A stretch of 64,000 bases of DNA from a virus. The stretch spans positions 108,893-172,892 of the IMG/VR virus record IMGVR_UViG_3300037488_003551. One strand, given 5' to 3'. Each line of letters opens with the position of its first letter. The stretch's first letter is position 1. Shown piece by piece: positions 28,895-40,064 of the stretch. A program made the translations under genes and the position numbers. The notes under the pieces are model-generated. The model was not told where the DNA came from. It was given only the letters and a program-made list of their open reading frames with translations, and ran no database searches.

Positions 28895-30295
28895 ATGCCC
28901 CTGAGTGACGGACAACTCCAGCAGCTTTTAAATGCTACCGCTGATAACGCGCGGGAAAAGGGTCCGTCCGACCATATGACGGTTGGGACAGGTGGGGCCT
29001 TGGCTCCAGCTAAGTCACAGGATTGGCTTTCTTATTTGCGAAACGCCGCGGAGCAACGTGCAGGAAATGCCTTTACGATGCTCAATCTTTCTCCCGAGGG
29101 GACGCCCCGGAGCTCTACTCCCACGTGTATTTTGAATGCCGTGGGGTTTATTCACCCCGTAATCTATTCTTTTTTGCCCGCGGGTTCGTATAAAACATGG
29201 ACTAATGACGAGGCTCGAACGGTTAAACAGATAGTCTTGCATTCTTTCGGCCAGCCCTGGCATGCTTTTAAAGATAGTGGCGTATGGAAAGGATATATGA
29301 ATGAGGCCGGCAAGCTCATTCCGATGCCCTATCTAGATGGCACTGTCGAGCGTACTGCCTGGGTTCCATCTGGAAGCAACGAGAGCACGATGGCACACCC
29401 GGAGAGATTAGGCACAACTCTCCGCGCTCTGACTTTAGGGGTCGAAGGAACGACTTCGACGCATTTTATTATTGATAGAGATGGTGTGCTTTACGTGATG
29501 TGTGACTGCAATCACATTCTCAAATCTTCTGGGAGCCTGAGCGATACGTGCGTATCCATCGCTCTCGAGGAGGCGCTGTATTACAAGTCTGGAGCGGATG
29601 CTCTACACCCTTCTCCGGTGACTTGGGACCCGGTGGACGCGAGCGCCACGAATCTTTCGACGTGGGACTACAGCGCGGAGCAGTACCAGACGTTGACAGC
29701 GCTTCTCTTCAAGCTCCGCATGGCCTATCCCGACATCAACACGGCGACGCACTCGAGCGCGCGGGCGAGCGTGGATTCGTCGTTTGTGGGCTACACCATG
29801 CACAGCCACCTCAAGGACTCGCGTCCCCAGGACATCGATGTAGCGCCACACCTGCAGTCTACCGCTGAGTGGGATGCCTTTTTCGCCGCGATTGGGCAGC
29901 AGAGCAGCTTGTCTGCCTATGCGGTGTGGAAGCGCCCAGCTGAGGGTCCAGCGGCACGTACAGCTTGGGTCGAAGAGCTGGTGACCGCGGCTACAGCAGA
30001 CAATCAGGGGTCGAATCCCTGGACCTCCATCAATCCGCCGATGGTCTACTTGTCCTCTATGCACCGAGCTCACCAGGAAGTCTTGAAGACCTCGAAGGAC
30101 TACCGGCGCAACGCCGCGGTGTTGGCTCGGCAGGACAGCAAGCTGCAGGAGGCCCGGTTGGGTGTGGGACGCGTCCTCGAGGCTGCCGCGCAGATGCCGC
30201 CCTCTGTCCCGTCCAAGACCCAGTTGTACACGGACAAGGAATACACCGTGGCTGAGCAGCGCCGAACCGCGGTTGCCACAGATGGGATTTTTTAG
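28895..30295 (+). CDS. N-acetylmuramoyl-L-alanine amidase-like (Amidase_2) protein
   Basis: 'IVLHS', 'STHFIIDRDG', 'SIALEE', 'YSAEQYQTL' and 'MHSH...DVAP' motifs. Confidence 0.65.
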   Translation: MPLSDGQLQQLLNATADNAREKGPSDHMTVGTGGALAPAKSQDWLSYLRNAAEQRAGNAFTMLNLSPEGTPRSSTPTCILNAVGFIHPVIYSFLPAGSYKTWTNDEARTVKQIVLHSFGQPWHAFKDSGVWKGYMNEAGKLIPMPYLDGTVERTAWVPSGSNESTMAHPERLGTTLRALTLGVEGTTSTHFIIDRDGVLYVMCDCNHILKSSGSLSDTCVSIALEEALYYKSGADALHPSPVTWDPVDASATNLSTWDYSAEQYQTLTALLFKLRMAYPDINTATHSSARASVDSSFVGYTMHSHLKDSRPQDIDVAPHLQSTAEWDAFFAAIGQQSSLSAYAVWKRPAEGPAARTAWVEELVTAATADNQGSNPWTSINPPMVYLSSMHRAHQEVLKTSKDYRRNAAVLARQDSKLQEARLGVGRVLEAAAQMPPSVPSKTQLYTDKEYTVAEQRRTAVATDGIF

Positions 30296-30738
30296 TGGAC
30301 ATCCATTTTCAGCCTGTTCCAGTAAACGACGTGAGCGGGACCAAAGTCTTTACTTTTGGTTTTCAGTCCGCGTTAAAAGTGGAAGGCCTTCAAGCTTTGG
30401 TTAATCGGTGGGTCAAGACGCTGATGACGCCGCGTGGAAGTGACCCGCTCGATGCCGAGGCTGGTACGGATTTTGGAAACCTCATCGGGACGAATATTCC
30501 AAAGGCGTCTAAAGGGTCTATCATCGATATCGTCGCGATGGCTATTGATGACGCGAGTGAGCAGGTACAGAAGCAAGACATAACGGCGCGTCACGGAGAG
30601 ACTGAGTCTCTCGACCGCGCGAATCTTTTGCGATTTAATATGACGAGCAGCGGCGATGGTTTTGAGGTCTGGGTAGAAATAAAAAATCAAGCAGGTGAGG
30701 TGTTGGTAACACGCCTCTTTGACATGGCGAATAGGTAA
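30295..30738 (+). CDS. Baseplate wedge protein (gp25-like)
   Basis: 'LMTPRGSDPLDAEAGTDF' matches the gp25 'L.T..GE....P.FG' pattern; precedes the J-like gene. Confidence 0.7.
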   Translation: MDIHFQPVPVNDVSGTKVFTFGFQSALKVEGLQALVNRWVKTLMTPRGSDPLDAEAGTDFGNLIGTNIPKASKGSIIDIVAMAIDDASEQVQKQDITARHGETESLDRANLLRFNMTSSGDGFEVWVEIKNQAGEVLVTRLFDMANR

Positions 30739-30742
30739 CCGA

Positions 30743-32869
30743 ATGGCAGACCTCGTTATCAAGCAAGACGACCTCCAGAGCGCCATTGATTTTCTGACGG
30801 AATACCTGACGGAGCAAGTACCGGAGGCTACGTTTACGGACGGAAGCGCTCTGCGGGATTTGATGGTGAAGGCGTTTGCTCCCATGTACGCCTACCTAAA
30901 AGCTGAGGTAGACCGTAGCGCTATTCTACAATCGATTTCGCGGATACAAACTGAGCTTGCGAATGGAGAGACGACTACCCTCGATACCACGGACATCTCA
31001 GAAGCGGTAGATGCCGTCCTCTCCAATTGGTTTGTCAACCGAAGTGGCGGGGCGAGGTCGACGGGAATAGCGCAGCTCCACTTTACGAGGCGCACCTCGA
31101 TTGTAATTCGGCGCGACACCAAGTTTTGGCGGTCGACGACCCTCGCGTTTTACCCAGACATCACGAGTGACACTTTCGTAGTGGCTGAGAATCAACTCCG
31201 GCCTGTTTATGACACGCGCGGGCGCCTTGTGGACTACGTCGCGAATGTTCCTATCACTGCGGCTCGAGTTGGTGATATCTACGACTTCGAAGCGGGTCGG
31301 TTCGTGCGGATAGAAGCTCCTGGGGGTCTCCCCTTCTTCTCGTACGGAGAGCATCAGCAGCCGGTATCTGGTGGAGAGGCTACAGAGAGCACCACGGAGT
31401 TTTTGGACCGTGCGCAGGTGGCGATAACCGTACGGAATTACATAAACAATCGTTCTATTGACACGGTCATAAATGAGCAAGCCCCAGAAGCCATCAATAT
31501 CCTGACGGTCGGCATGGGCGAGCCCGAGATGACGCGGGACCTTCGGACTGAAATCTCGCCGGCTATCGCGCTGCACGTGGGCGGCCATTACGATACGTAT
31601 TTGGATTTGCCCGAGACGCAGGTAGAAGAGAACGGTCTCGTTGGAGGTCTTTTTGCGCGCCCGGATGGACTTGTAAACGTTTTCCGTGACCCACGGCTGA
31701 CGTACGACCTTGGGCAAACGTTTACGTCTCTCGGTCTCGAGGCTGGGCATATTCTGTACGTCATCAGCGGCATCGTTGGAGCTCCTCGTGGATTTCCAAT
31801 AACGCTTGTGACAGACCATGCCATCTATGTAAGTGAAAACAGCCCCTTCGATGAGGCCTCGGATGAACTGGATACGAACGCGCTGGAATATTCCATCGGT
31901 TGGTATGCTCCTAGTTTTTCTGAAGTGGATTTGGAAGGCACTGCGGTCTATTCCCGGGTCGCTACAGCCAGTACGAATCCGATTTACGCGTCCGTGCCTA
32001 CAGGAACATCACGGCAGATTTCCGAGCCAGGCGCAATCGTACTCTCTGGCAATCCTGTGCAGGATGTTATCTCTGTTGAGATAACGGACCCGGCAGCCTC
32101 AGCGCTCGTTGACCCAGCTACAGGAACTCTGCGCTTTACGAACCGGGTAAATACTGCGCCGATATTGGGTTCTGTTTTGGGCACATCTCAATATCAGGTT
32201 GAGTGTATTAACCCATCGAAAGGTCAGTCGGCAGAGGGTGTGGTTTTTATCCGAGTCGGTCCTCTTACGGCGCCGACAATGTACGATGGAAAGAACCTGC
32301 GTGTGTCTTATCGCACCTCGAGAACTTTTGCGACGTTGCACACGCTATTCCGCAGCTACGGAGACCGTGTCGTTGCAGCGAATCACCTGGTAAAAGCGCG
32401 TAACCCGATTTGGATTTACGCAAATATCCCATATCGACTGAAGCCGACCGCGACGGATGTGCTTCCTGTAACAGAGGCACAGAGCGTTATTGCGGACCAC
32501 ATTAATGCTTTCGACCCGAACGATGACTTGGATATGTCGGATTTGGCTACGGAGTTGCGGACAGAGTACTCGGATGTCGTTGGAACTGTCTATCCGTTCA
32601 CTGTCGAGTATGACTTACATACTCCGGATGGGCAGGTATTGCAGTTTGAGACTACGGATATCGTCTCGATTTATCCGAAAGCTACAAATGGCGTGACGCT
32701 CATGAACGGCGCCGACCTCCTTGTCCCCGCTTCTCTAGTGGCGCGTGGAATTACGACTGTCGCTACGACGAGTGACCTAAATAACTTGTACGCGTATTAC
32801 GGAATTTCAGATCGAACCGTGACCTATAAGTCTCGGTCGGACCTCATCAACTTCTCGCTGCGAGGATAA
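30743..32869 (+). CDS. Baseplate J-like wedge protein
   Basis: 'GSALRDL', 'NWFVNR..G', 'ITAARVG..Y' and 'SGGEATESTTEFLDR' motifs. Confidence 0.75.
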   Translation: MADLVIKQDDLQSAIDFLTEYLTEQVPEATFTDGSALRDLMVKAFAPMYAYLKAEVDRSAILQSISRIQTELANGETTTLDTTDISEAVDAVLSNWFVNRSGGARSTGIAQLHFTRRTSIVIRRDTKFWRSTTLAFYPDITSDTFVVAENQLRPVYDTRGRLVDYVANVPITAARVGDIYDFEAGRFVRIEAPGGLPFFSYGEHQQPVSGGEATESTTEFLDRAQVAITVRNYINNRSIDTVINEQAPEAINILTVGMGEPEMTRDLRTEISPAIALHVGGHYDTYLDLPETQVEENGLVGGLFARPDGLVNVFRDPRLTYDLGQTFTSLGLEAGHILYVISGIVGAPRGFPITLVTDHAIYVSENSPFDEASDELDTNALEYSIGWYAPSFSEVDLEGTAVYSRVATASTNPIYASVPTGTSRQISEPGAIVLSGNPVQDVISVEITDPAASALVDPATGTLRFTNRVNTAPILGSVLGTSQYQVECINPSKGQSAEGVVFIRVGPLTAPTMYDGKNLRVSYRTSRTFATLHTLFRSYGDRVVAANHLVKARNPIWIYANIPYRLKPTATDVLPVTEAQSVIADHINAFDPNDDLDMSDLATELRTEYSDVVGTVYPFTVEYDLHTPDGQVLQFETTDIVSIYPKATNGVTLMNGADLLVPASLVARGITTVATTSDLNNLYAYYGISDRTVTYKSRSDLINFSLRG

Positions 32870-32873
32870 ATAC

Positions 32874-35800
32874 ATGGGTAATCCCTACGAGATTGCAGAC
32901 TATGCGTCCTCGCTCTTCAGGGGTCTCTCGGGCTTTTGGCAGCGTTTCTTCCGTGATACAAAAGACCTGGAAGCTTTTTACCAGGCCTCGGAGCAATATC
33001 TCGGACAGGTATATCTGGATTTGCTCTCGAATGTTCTCAGCACTGCGATAACAACCACTCCTATTTTCAATAAAGAGGTATGGAAGCTTTTCGCTATCGC
33101 AGAGAATGAACTCTCATTTACGGAAGGTCTATCCACAGCCGATGACCGCTTTACGTATGACATGCCAGGTACCGCTGTCGATGTAGACGTTTTACAGAAT
33201 TCGATTCTAGAGCCTACCTACGTTCTCGAAAAGGATTTGGATTTTGAGACGACAGCTCTCGATGGATATCTGCATTTTGTAACCGACCCTTTTAGGCAGG
33301 CAGTTGATGATGTTGGGGAGTATATACCAGCGGAGGGTGTGGCTTGGCGCTGGGTAGACTTACTGGTTGGGAATGCTTTCTACGACACGAATTTCACGGG
33401 TAAATGGCCGGACAGCACCGACGTTCGGCGCGGTAATACCCTGCGCATTTTGGCCTATCCAGGAGCGACTGTAGATAATCAGACAACGGGAAAACTGACG
33501 TACGGAGGTACGCTGGTCTTCTCGGATGCCGCGGCCTCTTTTACGACGGCAAATAAAGGCGATGTCGTCGAAGTTTACGGAGACCCTGGAGGCACGGCCT
33601 TCGGGCGTTACGTTATCAAGGAATACCTGGCTCCAACTCAAGTCTTGATTGACGAGGATGCGTATCTTACTCCGACGATAACAACGGCGGCCAATCTAAC
33701 TTGGCGCCTTATAAAGGCCATCTATTTCGATTACGCGTCACAGGATTATGAAATCGACTTTTTTGATGCGCACAAATTCATTGGGAAAAGTTCGACTCCA
33801 TATCCAATCGATAAAGACGGACCTTTCATCTACTCGGTATTGCGCGAGCCCGCGGATGATACGGTTGTCGGTGTGACTCTAAATGCGTATCCTGCCGTTA
33901 CTGATTTAGGGAGTCGCCATCTCAAAAAAGATTCTGTAGAAGTTTTCGCGTTGCGTCTTTTTGATGGGAGTCAGGTCCAAGAGAATGTGGACTATACCGT
34001 CGATTATCTACGCGGTGTAATTACCCCTGTTTATTATTTTGACCCCGTAACAATCACAGGTATTAATGGAATCCTCACGAATCTTGGCACGCATGCGACT
34101 TTTACGGCTCCTCCTACTGTATTCGATACGACGTATGACGTAGGAGGAACGGTAACTATTTCAACTGGTTCCAGTCCCGGTATTTATGTAATAGCGAGCG
34201 TAGTAGACCCTGCGACTGTCATCCTCGAGGACAGTGCGGGTGTCCCTACAGAGGGCGGAGTAAACTGGAGTCGCCAGCGTGCGGATAACATCCCAGCTTG
34301 GGACCCAGCGTCTTCTATTTTAAAATGTTCTTACCGCTTCATGCGTGAGGTTCTATTTTCTGCAAACGGTAAAGCGCTCGAGCAGACAGTTGGGCAGGTC
34401 AAGCAGCTCTCTTTTTGGGTACCCGAAGTGCACGTGGACCGTTTTACGCTCTATAACAATTTTGGGTCGATGCTGAATCGCTTCGCAGCGTCCTCCGAGA
34501 CGTACCGAGCGTTTCTCCGTGGCATCATGTACTTGTACGCCTCTGGGCCGATTCTCCAGCGGATTGAGTCGGCCTTGAATGTTGCGGCTGGTCTTCCTGT
34601 GTGTCTCACCGATGGAGAGACGCTCCTCACTTATGACACGGGTATGACAGCGAGCGGGATGGACGGTGTCTTCACCACGGTTACGACAGCTTTCTCGAGC
34701 GCGAGCGCGACGTTCTCGTCTTTGGACGTGGGCGGGTACGTCATCGTAAAGCTGGCGGTTGAGGATATTAACCGTACGCGTTTTAGAGTCGTCAGCTTCG
34801 TGGACGCGCACACGCTCATCGTGGAGGCTGAGTACGGAGTCCTCGATGAGATTGGAATGACTTGGGAATTCAGCCGAACGCTGAAGCATACGCTCACGAC
34901 GGAGACCACGGGTGGTACGGTTAATACCTACAATTTTCCGTACTGGATTCCCATGCGGACGGACTTCATCCCGGCAAATAACGTAACGTTTAATGCCTTC
35001 GATACCTTTACGGCGGCATTTACCGTTACGGATTATCTCATCGACCCGACGTGGTGGCACAACAAGTACATCCCTGAGGTCCTCTGGGGAAATACTACGC
35101 AAATACGGCGACTTGCGTCATCAACTCTGGTCGAGCACATCTTCGACCCCCTGGACAGTGCGTGTTTTGACGACCCGGGTTTGTACTTCGATGGTACTGA
35201 GGAAGGCACCATTCTCCACCCAACTGTTCCGCTTACGGCACCTCCGGTGGAGCTCTCTCTTTACAGACACACGGTGGCCTTTATTCTTTTCGACCGGTAT
35301 CTGAAGATGCACATGTTCTACATCGGCATCGACCACGACGTGGAGCTCACTCCTGAATTCATCGACGATATTACGGACTTGGTTCTCGTCGCAAAACCCT
35401 CTTATACCTATCCGTACGTCGAGCCGGGAGAAGATTTCCGTGACACGTTGCGGTTATTAGAGGAATTCTGGATAAGTGAAATTGGTCTCCATCCGGTTGA
35501 CGACCTCGCGACGGTAGCGAAGAGTATCCTTGTTGACCACGACATCCTTTTGTTTGACGATTATTATCGCTACGTTGCGTACGATGACGCTGTGACAGGT
35601 GAGGATGCTCCTCTGGGAATTGGAGATACGTTTACGCTTCCAAGGCCAGTAGGTCCCCGTGAGTATTTTGTGATGCTGCGTCTAAACGCGACTATTGATA
35701 GTGAACGTGTCGTCGAAACCCGCGATTACACTATCGATTTGGACCCGTTATCCGCGTCGTATGGCGAGGTGACGATTGTGACCGCGGATTGGGATGCCGG

Positions 35801-36002
35801 AGCGATAACATTCGACGCGCAGACGGTTGTTTTGTACAATGCGAGTTTGGGAGTGCCTGATACCCGTATTGGTTTTACGCCTTTAGCCGTTGATGGCACG
35901 GACCCGACGTATTTACGTGACACTGTCACAGAGCAATCGATGATTGACCGAACGATAATGGTTTCAATTGACGTAGCAGGGGCGCCCTATGTCTACGTGT
36001 GA
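32874..36002 (+). CDS. Large baseplate wedge/tail protein
   Basis: Follows the J-like gene; 'YRAFLRGIMYLYASGP...IESALN' and 'VAKPSYT' motifs. Confidence 0.55.
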   Translation: MGNPYEIADYASSLFRGLSGFWQRFFRDTKDLEAFYQASEQYLGQVYLDLLSNVLSTAITTTPIFNKEVWKLFAIAENELSFTEGLSTADDRFTYDMPGTAVDVDVLQNSILEPTYVLEKDLDFETTALDGYLHFVTDPFRQAVDDVGEYIPAEGVAWRWVDLLVGNAFYDTNFTGKWPDSTDVRRGNTLRILAYPGATVDNQTTGKLTYGGTLVFSDAAASFTTANKGDVVEVYGDPGGTAFGRYVIKEYLAPTQVLIDEDAYLTPTITTAANLTWRLIKAIYFDYASQDYEIDFFDAHKFIGKSSTPYPIDKDGPFIYSVLREPADDTVVGVTLNAYPAVTDLGSRHLKKDSVEVFALRLFDGSQVQENVDYTVDYLRGVITPVYYFDPVTITGINGILTNLGTHATFTAPPTVFDTTYDVGGTVTISTGSSPGIYVIASVVDPATVILEDSAGVPTEGGVNWSRQRADNIPAWDPASSILKCSYRFMREVLFSANGKALEQTVGQVKQLSFWVPEVHVDRFTLYNNFGSMLNRFAASSETYRAFLRGIMYLYASGPILQRIESALNVAAGLPVCLTDGETLLTYDTGMTASGMDGVFTTVTTAFSSASATFSSLDVGGYVIVKLAVEDINRTRFRVVSFVDAHTLIVEAEYGVLDEIGMTWEFSRTLKHTLTTETTGGTVNTYNFPYWIPMRTDFIPANNVTFNAFDTFTAAFTVTDYLIDPTWWHNKYIPEVLWGNTTQIRRLASSTLVEHIFDPLDSACFDDPGLYFDGTEEGTILHPTVPLTAPPVELSLYRHTVAFILFDRYLKMHMFYIGIDHDVELTPEFIDDITDLVLVAKPSYTYPYVEPGEDFRDTLRLLEEFWISEIGLHPVDDLATVAKSILVDHDILLFDDYYRYVAYDDAVTGEDAPLGIGDTFTLPRPVGPREYFVMLRLNATIDSERVVETRDYTIDLDPLSASYGEVTIVTADWDAGAITFDAQTVVLYNASLGVPDTRIGFTPLAVDGTDPTYLRDTVTEQSMIDRTIMVSIDVAGAPYVYV

Positions 36003-36011
36003 GGAAAATCG

Positions 36012-36596
36012 ATGTCGACTACCAAAGTATTTGAATCCTCAATTCAGGATACGCTGTGTCTCTACGGAGACTTTTACATGCGTGTCTACGACGTAGCTCC
36101 AGACGGTACTCGAAAGCTTCGTTTTAGGTTCGCGAAAAAGAATCAAGTCACGGATGATGGACGTTTAACGATTTTGGGTTTGTTGTCGCAGGTTGTCCTC
36201 GGTGGGACTCCTGTCCAAATGAATCCGGAGTACGGCCAGATTTGGTCGCTGAGTATCGGAGATGGGGCAATTCCTCCGGCATCTTCGCAACATACTCTTG
36301 TTTCTCCTGTTTGGACGGGAGCTCTGGACGTCGCCCTCGGAGAACGTGCTTATAACGCGGGCGCTTTTCAGTTGAATATCCACAAGGAAGTTCCAGTGGG
36401 AGACGCCACGGGTTCTACTTTTGCCGAGGCTGGACTCTTTACGCGCGGGTCGCAGGCCGCTCCTGGAGGCTTGTATCCAACGTGGCAAGATATCCCGGAG
36501 CGGATGATGTATTCCAGGCAGATTTTCCCTTCGTTTGAAAAGGGTGCAACCATGTCCGTGGTGTTCGATTGGACCCTCGGAATGACCGTGGCATAA
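36012..36596 (+). CDS. Tail/baseplate fibre-attachment protein
   Basis: 'KNQVTDDGR...SIGDG...EAGLF...FEK...VVFDWTL' pattern. Confidence 0.55.
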   Translation: MSTTKVFESSIQDTLCLYGDFYMRVYDVAPDGTRKLRFRFAKKNQVTDDGRLTILGLLSQVVLGGTPVQMNPEYGQIWSLSIGDGAIPPASSQHTLVSPVWTGALDVALGERAYNAGAFQLNIHKEVPVGDATGSTFAEAGLFTRGSQAAPGGLYPTWQDIPERMMYSRQIFPSFEKGATMSVVFDWTLGMTVA

Positions 36597-36609
36597 GGAG
36601 TAATGAAGC

Positions 36610-39480
36610 ATGTCGACACAACTCATTGACCTTGAATCTGGGAGCGTTGCCACTGGTGATTCTGGCGAGCGCACGGACGCGGACGCTATCAAGCCTATCG
36701 ACGCCGGGGAGCGGGTCCAGGCCGCGGTCATCGACCGACCCTTTGAGAACCTTCGTGCGCGCACGGAAGAGCTTAGGAAGAAGGTCGAGGAGCTCCTCTA
36801 CCGCGCGGACGCGGACAAGTGGATCATCACGGGCGGCAACACTATCGGTGCAGTATCGGGACCAACCGCGGCATTTCCGACGGTGTCTTGGGACGCGACG
36901 ACGGGACTTTGTACCGTATCAGAGGCGATTGTCGTTCAGCCTTTTGTGGCTCCAAGTACCGACCTTTTTGGATTTATCGATTGGGCTTTTACCGAATCGG
37001 TTGCTCCTTTCGGCACGGTAACCTTCCGGTTTGAGGCTAACGACGACCCGCTCGCTGGCACGATTCTTTACGATTACCAGCTGGCGAACAGCCTACGCGT
37101 TTATTGGGAGTCGAGCGCTTCTCTTGGAGCGGGGGTATTCTGCCAAGCAACGCTTGAGGGTTCTCCTGTCCATATGCTACGGATTGTCGTTCGTTCCGAT
37201 GGGACAACGACCGCGGCACATGTTCAAGCTGAGCTCAATACGATTTTAGCCCCAGTTGTTCCGGATTCTATTCTCAAGTTCACATTGACGGGTCTTGGAA
37301 CTACTTTCGTTGAGTGGGTAGAGACCCCCGGGCGTCCCAACGAGTACATGTTCAATACGTATTCGCGCGAGATGCATCGAATGACCAAGACCGTGTTCGA
37401 TGGTTTCTTTGTTGGGTCGCCTCTCTCGGTGGACGGTGACGGCATCGGTATTTGGTATGCGGAGCTTACTGACTCAGATACGACACAGCACGGCGGGCGC
37501 CGGCAAGCGACGCCTACGACAGCTACGGATGTTGGGCCATTTCTTCCGCCTAATACGGTTGTCCCTGTTACCAAGCTTTTCAAGTTTTCTACAGAGCCCG
37601 AGAAGATTCCTGGCTGCATCCCCCTTTGCCGTCGCATCGGCACTTACCTCGTCTTTATTGATGGGACTATCGTGAATCACACGCAGACTGTTTCATTTGG
37701 TAATGCAGATTTCGCACCGCTGTTGGCTCGGTATAATGCGCATGTTGGTGGAACGGCTGAAGAGCATGCTGCGAGCGATATTACAACTACAGGAATTGCA
37801 GGGGCTCCTGAGTCGATAGGAGTATCCGAAGTACAATCGGTACTAGCTGCACTGTACGGGCATGTGAATGACCGGGTTGAATTGATTCCATATAATGCAC
37901 ATACAGGTGGTACTGGGTCAAAACACAATGCGAGTGCTATCGTTTACACACCATCTGCTTTTCCTTACACGTGGTTAACTGATACAGATGTAAGTGCTGT
38001 TCTTCGTGCTATAGAATATTTATTGGCAATCAGCACGACAACGCCAGACGGTGCGACGTATATTGGCGCGGCTGCTATCGCAGGTACTCCTGAGTCAGTA
38101 CCAAATGGAACCGTACGGAGTCATCTAGTTGCGATTATGGGAGATTTAAACGACAGGACTGAGCGGAGTTCTACTGAGTCAGTAGATGGATACTGGAAAT
38201 TTAAAGGTTTTGAAGGAGGTACTATTCCTCCTGGTGAAACTTGGCTAGATACCATCGCAGGAAAACGTTGGGGAGCAGTTGTTCCTGAGTTCGAAGGAAA
38301 TCCTTGGGCACACGCGGGAGCGCATCAAAACAAATATACGCGTACGGCTTCTAACTGGTTGGATATTTGTCCGGGTTGGAATTACACTAGTGGCTACCCT
38401 GTAATATACCTGCTAGACGCAACGTTTCCGGCCACAACCGTTTCTATTCGAGAAATAGATACGCGCAATTGGGATATGTTAGGGACATCGGTTGATCGTA
38501 ATGTCACCGTACCCGCGGATCATATTCCAGTTTCTATGTGTTGTGATGGCCCTTACATTTATGTTCTTTGTAAGGCCAATGTCGCAGGTACGAATAGTGC
38601 AATTCTTTGTTATAGCACTAATCCGTGGAACTCTACTCCGGTGTGGACTCGTACGTGTGCTGGTTACGCGATAGGTACAGATATAAGCTCGTATTTACGC
38701 AGCAAGATAATCATTGCCAGCGATACGCATTTGGCGATGACTTTCGGTGCTTTGATAACAAGTACGAGTCCAGGTGGAGCTATTATGGCCATTTTGGCCA
38801 AAGATAACAGTGCTATAACTTACGGAAGAGGTAATCTAGACGCTACGGGATTTGGTCCTTCGGGTGGATTATGTTCGGATGGAGCACATGTTCATTTTGG
38901 AGCACGTAAAGATGTTGTAGGTCCCGCTAATACAGCATTAGCTTCCGCAGCTATTGCTGGACCTACGGGAGGCGGTCTCTATGCTGCTCCTAAAACGGAA
39001 TCACACGATTATCCTATTCACGATATGATATTTGATGGGCAAATGGTTTGGGCAATACATAACGGAGGGCATATCTCGGTTTGGCATTTAAATCCAGATG
39101 AATTCTTATACGATTTTATAGACCTAGGGGATACCATCGCCGATGTTGATGATGGTTTTGGTAATATCACGTACATACAACGGTGTGCAATTGCTTTTGA
39201 TGGGATACATATTTGGGTCGCTGCGCCATTAGCAGATTCGGCTCCTAGATACAATAGGTATTTTTCTAAGATAGATGCGATGGCTGCTTCACCTAACTAC
39301 TCAAATGCGCAGGTTCCTCTTAAGTTAATAGTGAATAACAATTATATCTCTGGAGCACAAATTTGGGGTCGTATTTGTGCTTTTGCCGGTAGAGTGTGGG
39401 CAGTAAAATGTGTAGATTCTATCGCATCACCTGTTGGAACTTTGTTCGTTATCGCTAAGTCTGAGTCACGAGGATATTAA
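36610..39480 (+). CDS. Tail fibre protein
   Basis: Internal repeat 'YNAH.GGT...H.AS.I' and 'IAG.PES'; C-terminal propeller-like 'CCDG/FDG..W' repeats. Confidence 0.6.
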   Translation: MSTQLIDLESGSVATGDSGERTDADAIKPIDAGERVQAAVIDRPFENLRARTEELRKKVEELLYRADADKWIITGGNTIGAVSGPTAAFPTVSWDATTGLCTVSEAIVVQPFVAPSTDLFGFIDWAFTESVAPFGTVTFRFEANDDPLAGTILYDYQLANSLRVYWESSASLGAGVFCQATLEGSPVHMLRIVVRSDGTTTAAHVQAELNTILAPVVPDSILKFTLTGLGTTFVEWVETPGRPNEYMFNTYSREMHRMTKTVFDGFFVGSPLSVDGDGIGIWYAELTDSDTTQHGGRRQATPTTATDVGPFLPPNTVVPVTKLFKFSTEPEKIPGCIPLCRRIGTYLVFIDGTIVNHTQTVSFGNADFAPLLARYNAHVGGTAEEHAASDITTTGIAGAPESIGVSEVQSVLAALYGHVNDRVELIPYNAHTGGTGSKHNASAIVYTPSAFPYTWLTDTDVSAVLRAIEYLLAISTTTPDGATYIGAAAIAGTPESVPNGTVRSHLVAIMGDLNDRTERSSTESVDGYWKFKGFEGGTIPPGETWLDTIAGKRWGAVVPEFEGNPWAHAGAHQNKYTRTASNWLDICPGWNYTSGYPVIYLLDATFPATTVSIREIDTRNWDMLGTSVDRNVTVPADHIPVSMCCDGPYIYVLCKANVAGTNSAILCYSTNPWNSTPVWTRTCAGYAIGTDISSYLRSKIIIASDTHLAMTFGALITSTSPGGAIMAILAKDNSAITYGRGNLDATGFGPSGGLCSDGAHVHFGARKDVVGPANTALASAAIAGPTGGGLYAAPKTESHDYPIHDMIFDGQMVWAIHNGGHISVWHLNPDEFLYDFIDLGDTIADVDDGFGNITYIQRCAIAFDGIHIWVAAPLADSAPRYNRYFSKIDAMAASPNYSNAQVPLKLIVNNNYISGAQIWGRICAFAGRVWAVKCVDSIASPVGTLFVIAKSESRGY

Positions 39481-40064
39481 ACAACATATTCAAACCTCGC
39501 CGGCACTTTATCCAACTCCACTTTAACTGACGAATTTATCCACTGAGTAATCCCAGTAGCCGTCGCCATGCGCGCGAGTATGCCTAGTCGCTCGGTCCCT
39601 TCCGTGGCTGCGAGCATGATGTCGTTTAGGTCTGGGCCATCTTTTGTGGCCTCGACCGCGGCCGGCCACATGTCCGAGATGGGTCCGTTATTCAGGTAGT
39701 CGAGGAAGGCCTGCTCCATGATGCTGGCAGCGCCCTCTTTGTCGTCGACGATGACGAAGGCTACGATGAGGCGGGCGGTGAGGGCCTGGATGGCAGGCGC
39801 GCTCAGGTTGGACCCGAGGGCAATATCGACGCCGTCGAGAGTGGCGAAGGCGAAGTGCTGGGCAATCTGCCGGGCTAGGGCGTGTGCAGCAAGAACAACG
39901 GTTTCAGCGGGAGGAGCTGCAGAGAGCGCCGAGGCAAATCCCGCGATATTGTCCACGAGTGCCACGGCTAGAGCACCTTCTCGAGAAAGTCGATTTGCTC
40001 GAGGTCGAATCCGGCTGGCTGCTTTTTCAGGAAGATTTGAATCCCCTGCATACCCTCGTAGCAA
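39477..40064 (-). CDS. Hypothetical Ala-rich protein (start probably near 39967)
   Basis: ORF downstream of a small Cys protein; the 5' part overlaps that ORF. Confidence 0.45.
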   Translation of the reverse strand: MLRGYAGDSNLPEKAASRIRPRANRLSREGALAVALVDNIAGFASALSAAPPAETVVLAAHALARQIAQHFAFATLDGVDIALGSNLSAPAIQALTARLIVAFVIVDDKEGAASIMEQAFLDYLNNGPISDMWPAAVEATKDGPDLNDIMLAATEGTERLGILARMATATGITQWINSSVKVELDKVPARFEYVV

